DNA of 63,650 nt, filler included, from Octopus bimaculoides (Eukaryota), in the NCBI RefSeq assembly GCF_001194135.2. It is 4 parts of 4 records of this genome, joined end to end, with 100 filler letters (N's around TTAATTAATTAA, not from the genome) between each part and the next. Parts side by side here need not be neighbours in the genome. Positions count along the whole stretch, not along the records: positions 36,438 to 60,084 come from NC_068997.1; positions 60,185 to 63,650 come from NW_026436382.1; 2 more parts are not named here. One strand, written 5' to 3'. The position numbers and the translations under genes are program-made. Below, piece after piece: positions 49,421-60,819 of the stretch. Numbering within the stretch: position 1 is the first letter of the stretch; each line of letters starts with the position of its first letter. Below the pieces are notes generated by a model, which had not been told where the DNA came from, ran no database searches, and was given only the letters and a program-made list of their open reading frames with translations.

Positions 49421-50493
49421 GTTTAACGTCCGCTTTCCATGCTAGCATGGGTTGGACGATTTGACTGAGGACTGGTGAAACCGGATGGCAACACCAGGCT
49501 CCAGTCTAATTTGGCAGAGTTTCTACAGCTGGATGCCCTTCCTAACGCCAACCACTCAGAGAGTGTAGTGGGTGCTTTTACGTGTCACCTGCACGAAAAT
49601 CCTACGGGAGCCAGTCAGGCGGTACTGGCAACGGCCACGCTCAAAATGGTGCATCTCATGTGCCACCCACACAAGAACCAGTCCAGGGGCACTGGCAACG
49701 ATCNNNNNNNNNNNNNNNNNNNNNNNNNNNNNNNNNNNNNNNNNNNNNNNNNNNNNNNNNNNNNNNNNNNNNNNNNNNNNNNNNNNNNNNNNNNNNNNNN
49801 NNNNNNNNNNNNNNNNNNNNNNNNNNNNNNNNNNNNNNNNNNNNNNNNNNNNNNNNNNNNNNNNNNNNNNNNNNNNNNNNNNNNNNNNNNNNNNNNNNNN
49901 NNNNNNNNNNNNNNNNNNNNNNNNNNNNNNNNNNNNNNNNNNNNNNNNNNNNNNNNNNNNNNNNNNNNNNNNNNNNNNNNNNNNNNNNNNNNNNNNNNNN
50001 NNNNNNNNNNNNNNNNNNNNNNNNNNNNNNNNNNNNNNNNNNNNNNNNNNNNNNNNNNNNNNNNNNNNNNNNNNNNNNNNNNNNNNNNNNNNNNNNNNNN
50101 NNNNNNNNNNNNNNNNNNNNNNNNNNNNNNNNNNNNNNNNNNNNNNNNNNNNNNNNNNNNNNNNNNNNTTCTAGCAGCTACACTTTCAGCGCACCCACCC
50201 CCACTACTAACTTGGTCGCCCAGATAGCGGAAGCTATCGACTACCTCTAGTTTTTCACCCTGGAATGAGATAGAAGTTGTTTCCTGTTTGTTTACAGTCT
50301 TTATTGCACCTGAACATCTGCCACAAACAAAAACTAACTTGCTAGTTAACCTGCCTTTGATGTTGCTGCACCTCTTATGTGTCCATAGCTTGCACCGGGT
50401 ACATCTTATAGAGTTACTACCTACTCCTTTTCTACATACTGAGCAGGGCCATCTACCTGAAGGGGTTTGTGTTTTATCTACCTTCCTACTTAT
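49386..50493 (-). mobile_element. RTE-clade LINE (RT with PHD-like insert to 3' end), young copy, centre lost in gap
   Basis: Open frame 'WPCSVCRKGVGSNSIRCTRCKLWTHKRCS...FVCGRC...VDSFRYLGD'; 3' terminus at 49386. Confidence 0.88.
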
Positions 50494-50983
50494 TATGTGC
50501 AGAAAATATGTGATGGTTCTGTTGTTAGTATAGGCCACATTTGTACTTCATTCAGAGTTAGCATCTCTCTGAGCTGAAGTATTTTCAAGTCCAAAAGAGA
50601 AAAATCAAGCCTTTGTCATATGATATTCTGTATGTTAAATGTTTGTGATTACCTTGAAATATGTTCAGATATAATATTTCAAGGTGATCACAATTAACCA
50701 TATGGAGCACTACCAAGTATTTTCTTATCTAATTGCACCTAACACCTAAGCCTATCTATTTCCAATCAAGAGTTGAACTTGCTCCAGATTCTATTCCACT
50801 TTGAGTGAAACTGAGAAGACAGAAACAATATTGAAGCCCTTCAGTGTAATTGTACATGTTTCTGAGTATAAATTTTATCTGTCTCTTCATTTAACATCAC
50901 CCCTTATCCCACATATGCTTTTACTGGAGTACACTCTGTTGCAATGATTTGGATGAAGTTTCTTAAGTTTTAAAATAACTTAC

Positions 50984-51118
50984 TTGGATTGTTGTGCAGG
51001 CATCTTTACATTGAATTACAAAGTTGCAAACATCTGCTGGTGAAGGTTTATATACACCAATTCCACACTTGTTGCTCTCAGATGTTCCAGACATTGTAAG
51101 GCCAGTTTCATCTAAAAT
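50984..51118 (-). CDS. Exon (135 nt, phase 0-0), probably upstream exon of the same NO VEIN-like gene
   Basis: ttgttgtttccag|ATT ... CAA|gtaagt, open 45 codons ILDETGLTMSG...CKDACTTIQ, phase-compatible with 48844-49001. Confidence 0.65.
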
Positions 51119-52007
51119 CTGGAAACAACAAAATATTACATGTAAGTATCAAAAACACACAATAATTAAAAGATATTATTAAAAAATTAGTTCCAAGATA
51201 GGATCAGAGCAACTTGCATCTCTAATCATCACTTTCTTCTCTCATCCAAGTACTGAGAATCTTTTAAAGCAAACAAGAGTCATTTAAAAACAGCATTTTG
51301 GAAGACATTACCTTCTGTTAGTTGCTTCAGTTATGAGACTGCAGCCATGCTGGGGCCCACCATGAAGACAAAATTTCTGTTATGAGCAACATGTCACTGA
51401 CATGTTCCAAATGGTGTGATCACATTTCTATATATATATTTGCCTATCCTGTATGTACCCTGATTTCCAAATCTTTTGTATATCTTGGAATTTTAGACTA
51501 AAGACACTATGATATGAATGATGTAGTTTGCATATGCAGACATAGCTATTCATAGTTCTTGTACATGTGTTATATCATTTGCAATACCTCTTCTCTATGT
51601 GTCTCTTCCAATTGATTTACTAGCTCTTCCTCTACTCTACAATTCTCTATCATTACCTCTTTCCCCATCACTAACAGTTAGTATTTAACAGGTTTGTTAA
51701 TCTGGGAGTTGAAATTTTTTTATGCTAGGTAGGAAAATAAGTCAGTTTCCAATGACTGTCAACTACACAAAAATACCTTAGTCTAGCTGACTGTACAGAT
51801 CATGAATTTGTGATCCAAGAAGCCAATTACACAAAACTGGGCAACTTATGCAAACCCAATGAAAACTCTAAGTACAACCAGGATGACTCATTGTAATTTG
51901 TCTACATTAAAGCATTAGAAAAATCCAAGGGATATCTATCAGACAGTTGGAACTTCTTATCTAGAGTTAATAGTCTTTTGAAACCCTTGCCAAGGATATT
52001 TTTTTAA

Positions 52008-53140
52008 CCCTTTGGTGTTTAGACTGGCCATAACTGGCCAAAAATGATTCCCCTTTATTTGTTTGAATCAGCCAAATCTGGATATATCTGATTTCTTTAT
52101 GAAATCACTAAAAAAATTAAGCAAATCACATTATTGAATTCTTGTAGCTTTAAGATAATGCAAGATAAAGCCTTTCCTGTCTTTATTCAAGTAAAAGAGA
52201 AGTGTATATCTTAGTTTCTAACGATATGGCATCAACAAGTAGTGATTCCAACTTTGAAGGTTTTACTCGACGCTGTACAAAAAATATAAATGAAAACAAC
52301 AGTAATCTGTCTTCAAATGAATCATATTGACATTTATGAATCTTTGTTGGATGATAAAGGTTTTGATAATGAAAGTGATGAAAATAATATAGAAAACATT
52401 ACAACATGGTTGAAGATTACTACATCAACCAGAATTTCCAATTTCACAGAAAAGACTAGTCCAAAATACAGTCACCTGGACTATATATTTTTATTTTTAC
52501 CGGAAAGTTTTTTTGAAACTGTCACAAAGGAAACAAATGCACAATGCATAATTTTCATTTGTGGAAGACCCTATCCACTATGTCAGCTAACTGACACTGT
52601 GAGCTTTTTTTACTATGAACATTATGTTTGGTGTCAAGCAGCTTCTTCAACAGTAGAACTACTAGAATCCTGATATAAGGTATGGTGATCCATATATCTC
52701 CAGCATTATGTCTAACTATAGTTAATTCATATATTGTTTATGTAAAAAGCAACTAGGTACCTCTGCCACCTAAGAACTATGACTATTTGAAATTTTAGGT
52801 TGACATTGCATCTCAGTTATGTGAAGGCTTTTCTTCCAGAAAGCACAGAACTGGGAGAAAAGCAATATTAACTGAGGTGGGTGTCAACAAAGAAAATATT
52901 GACTGTCATAAAGTGGAAAAAATAAATGGAAGGAAAAAAGTTTGCAGACTTTGTTTGTTGCAAAAAAGAAAAACTACGAAAGGATATTAGGATTCTGATA
53001 TGTGTTTGTTTTGCAAAATGCCCTTGTGTAAAGGGTGCTTTAGAGAGTTTTACAATAGAAATATGGCATAATTATATTTTGTTGTTTGATAGTAATACTA
53101 TCATATACTCCTTTCATTTTATTACAAATAAAAAGTGAAA
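52008..53140 (+). mobile_element. Internally deleted piggyBac relic
   Basis: TTAA|CCCTTTGG left end resembles 44565; 'MASTSSDSNFEGF', 'LDYIFLFLPESFFETVTKETN', Cys-rich 'VCRLC...CLFCKMPLCKGC'; right TIR not found. Confidence 0.7.
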
Positions 53141-53148
53141 GTGAGAAA

Positions 53149-53400
53149 TCTATACATATATCAAGATGAGAATGTGTGTCTGTCTGTGTGAATCCTTAAA
53201 ACTCGATTTCATTCAAATTTTACACATGCCTTACTTAGGGTCCAAGTAGTGTCATGGGCCCAAAAAATTTCCAACTTCTTGCCCAGAGCAATCTCTTATC
53301 TCGTCCACTATTTCAGTATTGATACTTTCACTTTAACAGTTTCACTATTAATACTGAAACTATTAAAGTGGAACTATTATCTCACATATATACAGGGGCA
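53149..53400 (+). mobile_element. Helitron 5' fragment, same family as 39494
   Basis: A|TCTATACATATATCAAGATGAGAATGTGTGTCTGTC...ttcattcaaattttacacatgccttacttaggg shared with 39494-39610. Confidence 0.7.
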
Positions 53401-53546
53401 TACATATATACATATATTATAGATGTATGTGTACAGATGTATAAATATAGATGTATATGTGTATATATATAAAATATATCTATGTATGTATATATGTGTA
53501 TATATATATATATATATGTGTACATATGTATGTGTACATATGTATG

Positions 53547-53595
<49 letters not shown>

Positions 53596-54322
53596 ATCTT
53601 GCATGCATGAAGTGGATTCGATCCACCATAGCCAAATTTAAATTAACACTGCAACAGAACTTTTCCCACAGTGAAACAATGGGTTTTTTCTCTGACAGCA
53701 GTTTTACATTTTCCAGATGTCTTTAGCTAGGCCGAAATAATGCCTTCACTACTTGACCCTTATAACCTCTTCTATTTCACCAAAAGCTAGAATAGAGATA
53801 ACAAGACCACCAACTAAATCTATTGTTCTCAATGATATGTCTATCCTTCTGGATAGTTATAAAAACAAGAAACCCCAAGCAAAAACCAAGTAGTCACTTG
53901 GTGACAACAGAGCAAGGTAACTCGTGACGACTCAATTAGTTAGGGAACGGACTGCTATAATCATGATCACAAGGAATGCACCTACTAAGACAATGGTCAG
54001 CGAGAAAAAGTGAAATTTACTGTCAGCAACTGTGAGACAACGTACCACAACCCTACAACTTTCACTAGCTCTAATTCTGTTCTCTTACAACATCATTGTA
54101 TTGTTATCTGTGGATTACTACTAACAATTCGTATACGCCAAACTATGCAAAGAAACATTCTACCACGTCTATCTTTCACATTCTCTCAGATGTTATTAAC
54201 TGCCTGTTGAGGTATGGTATTTTTCAACGTAATGGTAAATAAATACTTTCTTAAAACTTCATGCATTGTTCATCTTTTGCATCCTACAACATGCCATTAT
54301 GACAACAATAAAACCTAACCGT

Positions 54323-54366
<44 letters not shown>

Positions 54367-54523
54367 NNNNNNNNNNNNNNNNNNNNNNNNNNNNNNNNNN
54401 NNNNNNNNNNNNNNNNNNNNNNNNNNNNNNNNNNNNNNNNNNNNNNNNNNNNNNNNNNNNNNNNNNNNNNNNNNNNNNNNNNNNNNNNNNNNNNNNNNNN
54501 NNNNNNNNNNNNNNNNNNNNNNN

Positions 54524-54578
<55 letters not shown>

Positions 54579-54605
54579 CGTGCGTTTGTGTATTTATGTA
54601 ATATG

Positions 54606-54945
54606 AAGGTGCATGGCTCAGTGATTAGAGCATTGAGCTTATGATCGCGAGGTTGTGGGTTTGAAGCCTGGACCAGGCTGTGTGTTGTGTTCTTGAGCAA
54701 GACACTTTATTTCATGTTGCTCCAGTTCACTCAGCTGTAGAAATGAGTTGCGACATCAGTCATAAGTGCCAAGCTGTATCAGCCTTTGCCTTTCCCTTGG
54801 ATAACACTGGTGGCATGGAGATCGGAGGCCGGTATGCATGAGCGACTGCTGGTCTTCCATAAACAACCATGGCCGGACTTGTGCTTCAGAGGGTGATTTT
54901 CTAGGTGCAATCCCATGGTCAGTCATGACCAAAGGGGGTTTCAGC
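54606..54945 (+). mobile_element. tRNA-derived CORE-like SINE (family D)
   Basis: A box tggctcagtga, B-box-like gggtttgaagcc, then gttcttgagcaagacacttt...cagctgtagaaatg, resembling the CORE domain. Confidence 0.65.
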
Positions 54946-55009
54946 ATATGTAATATGTACGCATATATACATGCATACATATATTTATACATACATATAT
55001 ACATATACA

Positions 55010-55878
55010 TCATCATCATTTAACGTCCGCTTTCCATGTTGGCATGGGTTGGACGGTTTAACTGAGGACTAGTGAGCCAGAGGCTGCACCAGGCTCAATT
55101 TGGTCTGGCAAAGTTTCTACAGCTGGATGCCCTTCCTAATGCCAACCACTCCAAGAGTGTAGTGAGTGCTTTTTATGTGCCACCGGCACGAGGGCCGGTC
55201 AGGCAGTTCTGGCAACGACCACGCTCACGCTGAAAAGGTGTTTTTACATGCTACCTGCACGAGAGCCAGTCCGTTGGCACTGGCAATGACCACACACGAA
55301 TGTTGTTCTTCATGTGCCAGTAAGGCGCTGCTGGCAACGATCATGCTCGAATGGTGCTTTTCATGTGTCACCAGCACAGGAGCCAATCCATAGCCCTGGG
55401 AATGATCATGCTTGGATGTGCTTTTAATGTTCCACTGGCAAGAGTGCCAATCAGGTGGTACTGTCATCAGCCACGTCAGCGATTTTGGTTTGTTTACACT
55501 TGCCTCAACAGGTCTTTGCAAGCAAAGTTCATTGTCCAGTGAATGAGGGGTACTCATAAGTGGCCCGGTTACATCCCACATTCAGATGTGCTTTCAATGT
55601 TCCCCTGGCATGAGTGCCAATCAGGCGGTACTGTCATCGGCCAAATCAGCAATTTTGATTTCACTTGTCTCAATAGGTCTTCACAAATAAGGTTTATTGT
55701 CCAATGAATGAGGGGTATTCATAAATGGGCTGGTTACACCCACTGGCATAGGCCATGGTCTATAGTCTCACTTGGCTTGTCAGGTTTTCTCAAGCACAGC
55801 ATATCTCCAAAGATCCCAGTCACTAGTCATTGCCTAGGTAAGGCCCAATGTTCGAAGGTCGTGCTTCACCACCTCATC
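55010..55878 (-). mobile_element. RTE-clade LINE 3' fragment with tandem-repeat UTR
   Basis: Same terminus and repeats as 25092 and 29886. Confidence 0.85.
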
Positions 55879-55881
55879 ATG

Positions 55882-55911
<30 letters not shown>

Positions 55912-55913
<2 letters not shown>

Positions 55914-56115
55914 ATCATCATCATCATCATCGTTTAACGTCCGCTTTCCATGCTAGCATGGGTTGGACGATTTGACTGAGGACTGGTGAAACCGGATGGC
56001 AACACCAGGCTCCAATCTAATTTGGCAGAGTTTCTACAGCTGGATGCCCTTCCTAACGCCAACCACTCAGAGAGTGTAGTGGGTGCTTTTACGTGTCACC
56101 CGCACGAAAACGGCC
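55912..56115 (-). mobile_element. RTE-clade LINE 3' end, young copy (cut by gap)
   Basis: Near-identical to 49400-49598. Confidence 0.85.
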
Positions 56116-56460
56116 NNNNNNNNNNNNNNNNNNNNNNNNNNNNNNNNNNNNNNNNNNNNNNNNNNNNNNNNNNNNNNNNNNNNNNNNNNNNNNNNNNNNN
56201 NNNNNNNNNNNNNNNNNNNNNNNNNNNNNNNNNNNNNNNNNNNNNNNNNNNNNNNNNNNNNNNNNNNNNNNNNNNNNNNNNNNNNNNNNNNNNNNNNNNN
56301 NNNNNNNNNNNNNNNNNNNNNNNNNNNNNNNNNNNNNNNNNNNNNNNNNNNNNNNNNNNNNNNNNNNNNNNNNNNNNNNNNNNNNNNNNNNNNNNNNNNN
56401 NNNNNNNNNNNNNNNNNNNNNNNNNNNNNNNNNNNNNNNNNNNNNNNNNNNNNNNNNNNN

Positions 56461-56526
<66 letters not shown>

Positions 56527-56529
56527 TAT

Positions 56530-56655
56530 TCGTAAGTGTGTGTGTATCTTTGTTTCTCCCTCATCACTGCTTCACAACTGCTGTTGGTTTATTTACATTC
56601 CCATAACTTACTGGTTTGACAAGAAGAGACTGATAGAATAAGTACCAGGCTTATC
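56530..56655 (+). mobile_element. SINE family B 3' half fragment
   Basis: 'acaactgctgttggtttatttacattcccataactta...gactgatagaataagtaccaggctta'. Confidence 0.6.
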
Positions 56656-56675
56656 AAAATATGTGCATATTTATG

Positions 56676-58310
56676 TCTATTATATAAAAGTCAATGTCTT
56701 TATGTGTGTTCATGTGTTACTTATAGATTTGAAAACTACTGCACTGATACTAATGAAATTTGGAACACAAAATCCAAGCCTAGGGAGAAGGGTAATGCTA
56801 TATGTTTCATACAATTTCGTGGACCAAAATTACTGAATGGATCCTTATGATATTTGGAACTTAGATTTAATGCATAAGGGTGGGTATTATGCAGTATGTT
56901 TGGTTTGAATTTGAGGTGGCTTAAAGGGGGCAGAACCCCAACATGAAAATTCATAAATTTCCGATGTTAATGAAATTTCAACTATAGGTAATTGACACAC
57001 ATCAAGAAGTATTTCCAATGTTTCCACTTCTCATGCGAATTCTAAGACCCCTAATGGGGGCGTTAACTCCCAAATTTTAGTAATCTTTTATGATCCAAAA
57101 TTAGGTCAAAAGAACTGAATGGATCTTTATGAAATTTGGAAATTATATTCTATGCATAATGACAGATATAATGCAGTATATGTTTGAAAGTGAGGAGGCA
57201 TAAATGAGGCCATAACCCCCATGAAATTCATATATTTTTGCTGTTGATGAAATTTTAACTATAGATATTAGACATAAATGAAGTAATATTTCTAAAATTT
57301 AAACTTCTTATGAGTTAGTAAAATCCCCTAATGGAGCTTAACCCCTAGAATTTAGTCATTTTTCCTAAGCCAAGATGAATACAATTGCACTCTTGGAAGA
57401 TGTAGAGTCACCTGAGCATACAAGATAAGCGTTATTTGTAATTCAATGGTACAACACTGTAAGAATTTGCTTTCAGATTTGCAGACCTCCTTGTGTCTTT
57501 TTATTATTACTGGGTTCAGAGATAGTTCCCAGATGGTAACATTGATTTCAAGGCCTTCCCAGATAAGTGACTGGTTATTCAAAGAGATTTATAGATTGCA
57601 AATTTATTCTGTTCAGTTACCTATCGGCATACTTTAGAGGCAACACTTTTATTTCCCCTTGGCCCTCATGTCACACAGCTGTTAATGTTTATTTCAGTTG
57701 GGTCACGCCCTTCCAATTGCTATACATCTATAATGCATCTTAAGGCTGTGCCTATCACCTATATGGTGAGGAATCCTACATTGGGGAGTGGTAACAACTA
57801 GGGTAGGGTAGCTGACTACTTATTGTGATCATTCGTCTCTTAGTTTCCTGTAGCTTTGCTCTCTTTTACAAACCCAATGAAGATTCATATATTTCCGATT
57901 TCAAAGAAATTTGAACAATAGATATAAGACCCAAGTTAAAAAAGATTCCCAACAATTCGACTTCTCTGGTTGACTTTAAGACCCCTAACCACCATCACAA
58001 TACCCACATTAACTCCCACATTTTAGAGCTACGTGTACTCCATTTTTCAGAAGCAAAAACCTTTGAATAGGTTTCATAAGATTTGGATTTTGGAATCTGG
58101 CCATAAAGATGAGTAGTATGGGATAAATATTTTGTGGTTACAATTTTTATTAGGGTGTGTAAAGAGGGAAAGAACCCTCATTAAAATTCTTAATTTGCAA
58201 TTTTGATGAAATTCAAATCATAGCTATTCCAGTTCATTAGAGAAAATATAAATGAAAAGTCTAATTCTTGAATTCGATGTGACATGGCCAAAGCCGGGTA
58301 TCTCTGCTAG
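56676..58310 (+). mobile_element. Non-autonomous Helitron-like element with ~270-285-bp internal tandem repeats
   Basis: 5' TCTATTATATAAAAGTC; 3' aaagccgggtatctctgCTAG|T, same as 40790; repeats about 56825-57110 and 57110-57365, degraded third copy near 57880-58150. Confidence 0.7.
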
Positions 58311-58689
58311 TACATATTAATCTTCAGTATGTTACACACCTGTATTCACCTTTGTCTCACCTGTTAATGAGCTTCTTGTATAAGATGCATTCTGTTATGT
58401 AAATGTATTCATTGAATTTTATAAGAGTACATAGCCAATGGTAAAAGAGTTTTGTACTGTATTTTCAATTAAAATGTCTGAATGAAATATAGAGAAATAA
58501 TTAAATCTTGTACTGATTATACCTGTATTTTAATTAACTCATATTAATGTACCTCATCTTGAAAACTGGCAAAATTTTTGGTGGTTGACATCTAGGAAAA
58601 TTTTAGTGAACAAATCAAACAGGTAAGATGCATTAAGAATTTCAATTTTAGTGTTTATCTATAATGTTATTGCTTTTATACCTGTTTCT

Positions 58690-58950
58690 CTTTCTGCCAG
58701 CCGTGATTTTATTTTTAATCTATATAAATGAAGATATATCCTCCATCTTTCTACAAAACGAGAGGTTAGATTGCAGAACTGTTATTTCAATGAGTTGTAT
58801 TTATTTATCACCCAATGAGATACATCTGCACCGCTGGATGCTCCTGAACCTGTTGTTGAGTGTCCCACTCATGAAGGATTGATGCTAAATGTGTGGAAAC
58901 AATTCTCGTGACTAATAATAAATTCTCATATATTCCATCTTCTGTCTTTC
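58690..58950 (+). mobile_element. Repeat homologous to 12500-12715; probable Penelope-like 3'/pLTR fragment
   Basis: Alignment with the 12.5-kb copy; contains a degenerate hammerhead-like core (ctcatgaagg...ggaaacaattctc). Confidence 0.4.
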
Positions 58951-58956
58951 ATTTGC

Positions 58957-59008
<52 letters not shown>

Positions 59009-59165
59009 CCGTAAATCCTCGAGTATAGTCTGCCCTTGAGTATAATACACAGGGGATTTTTAGGGGGTTGTACCTCTGAAAAACCTAAACCTTGTGTATA
59101 ATACCTTCTGTAACTTGAGTCAAGGAGGTCTATATAATGTCCTTGGTTTGTAAACATATATACGG
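59009..59165. mobile_element. pogo/Tigger-like MITE
   Basis: TA|CCGTAAATCCTCGAGTATA ... TACGG|TA, internal repeated (c)gagtata motif. Confidence 0.5.
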
Positions 59166-59429
59166 TAACGTGCTTTATTATTATTGTATATATAACATAA
59201 TGCAAACGTTTGGTTTTTTGTGCACTTTGCAGAAAATAAAGAAACAACAGTAATAACATCAGTGAAAAATATATATTAAGTAAAATTGCCTTTACATATT
59301 TATCACTATCAGTTACAAAAGCAAAACCAAAAACATTTATTCAAATCCTTCAAATTCAACGTCACTTTCAACATCAAATAACTGCTCCATTTGTTCCTCC
59401 GTAAACATGTCAGCATCATTGTAGTGTAA

Positions 59430-59468
<39 letters not shown>

Positions 59469-59470
<2 letters not shown>

Positions 59471-59784
59471 GGGTCTGAACAAATTAATGGAAACACCTTA
59501 AAATTTCAAACAAATTCATTTTAATATGGGGTAGGACTGCCTTTGGCAGTAATTACAGCTCGAATTCTACGAGGTATGGACTCATACAAAGTTTGAATTG
59601 TTTCCAATGGAATTTCTGTCCATTCTTCATCTAAAACAGTCTCCAGTTCTTGTAGTGATGATGGTGGAGGATATCAATTTCTTACTTGTTTTTCTAAAAT
59701 GCACCATAAATGTTCAATAATATTGAGATCTGGGCATTGTGGTGGCCAGATAAGATATTCAACTTTACTAGAATGTTCCTTGTG
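59469..59784 (-). mobile_element. Tc1 (DD34E-type) transposase 3' fragment with one TIR
   Basis: 'LIWPPQCPDLNIIEHLWCILEK...YESIPRRIRAVITAKGSPTPY*' and terminal cagggtctgaacaaattaatggaaacacc. Confidence 0.8.
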
Positions 59785-60084
59785 CCCAGTGGTTCCTAAC
59801 CGATTTTTGGCCATGCCCCATCAAATCATTTCTAAAATCCTGATGCCCACTTGTAATATTTAATTTTTGTTATTCAAAATTTGGTTAATGTTTACAATAT
59901 TACCTGGAAACAAAGTAAAAGAAAAATAGTGCAACGGATGTAAAAAAATGTGTAGGAATATGAAAAAAAAATGCATGCAGAGCAACGAAGGAAGGGAATG
60001 ACTTTGGAAAATTCACAAGATCCGAGTTTTTCCCTCACAACTTTTAGGAAAATGCTTTTTTTTTTAAATGAAATTTTATATAAA

Positions 60085-60184
60085 NNNNNNNNNNNNNNNN
60101 NNNNNNNNNNNNNNNNNNNNNNNNNNNNTTAATTAATTAANNNNNNNNNNNNNNNNNNNNNNNNNNNNNNNNNNNNNNNNNNNN
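60085..60184. other. Artificial assembly spacer 44N-TTAATTAATTAA-44N
   Basis: Same 100-bp structure as 12832 and 36338. Confidence 0.92.
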
Positions 60185-60204
60185 TATACATATATATATA
60201 TAAG

Positions 60205-60490
60205 TAACTGTGCTTGTTCCCACCACCACTGAGTAACCGATGTTGGTGTGTTTATGTCAGCAAAAGAGACCGATAGACGATAGAACAAGCATTTGGTTTC
60301 GTTCGACTAAAATTCCCCAACGCAGTGCCCCAGCATGACCGCAACACATAATGGCCTTCAATTTCCATTTATCTAATCCATCGAAAATTACGGCTACAGT
60401 GGAAAAAAAAAGCCCACAGTACAATGAAGTGGGATCGAACGCAGCACTCTGTAGTTGGGAAGCAAGATTCTTACCACACAGCCACGCTTT
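60205..60490. mobile_element. Degenerate SINE family B fragments (plus 60205-60350, minus 60430-60490)
   Basis: 'aaccgatgttggtgtgtttatg..aaaagagaccgataga' and reverse head 'ggttgggaagcaagattcttaccacacagccac'-like. Confidence 0.55.
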
Positions 60491-60819
60491 CGATCGCAGT
60501 CTTTTTTCTCTTTGAACTGCAAGATAAGAGACAGTATGGTGGTGATGTAGCCGTACGGAGGCGTTGCATATTAATCGAAGAGTTTGAGGTTGCTGTTATT
60601 TAACACCAGGTAAGGATTCATCCAGCGGGGTCTATGATCAAAGATGTTATCTCTATGACCAAACACGCGTCGTTCAGGGGACCCAGGAATATTATTATGA
60701 AAATGTGTCTTAGTTTAAGGAGAGATGGCGTGATTCTAGGAGATCTAGCTGCTATTTCTTCCAAACAAAGTGACCACGTGGAAGAACCATTCTTTATCGG
60801 TGTTTCGATGATGCGGAGA

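Noticed and set aside
51450-51800. Possible RTE RT remnant on the minus strand
   Set aside because: Only a faint 'EIRVHTG' resemblance to the GVHQG motif amid many stops.
14281-56115. Orientation bias of RTE copies (6 of 7 on the minus strand)
   Set aside because: Too few copies (two-sided binomial p = 0.125), and block orientation across spacers is uncertain.
58682-58900. Exon with donor acag|gtataa
   Set aside because: All frames are stopped or incompatible with the next candidate exon, and the region is a copy of the repeat at 12500-12715.
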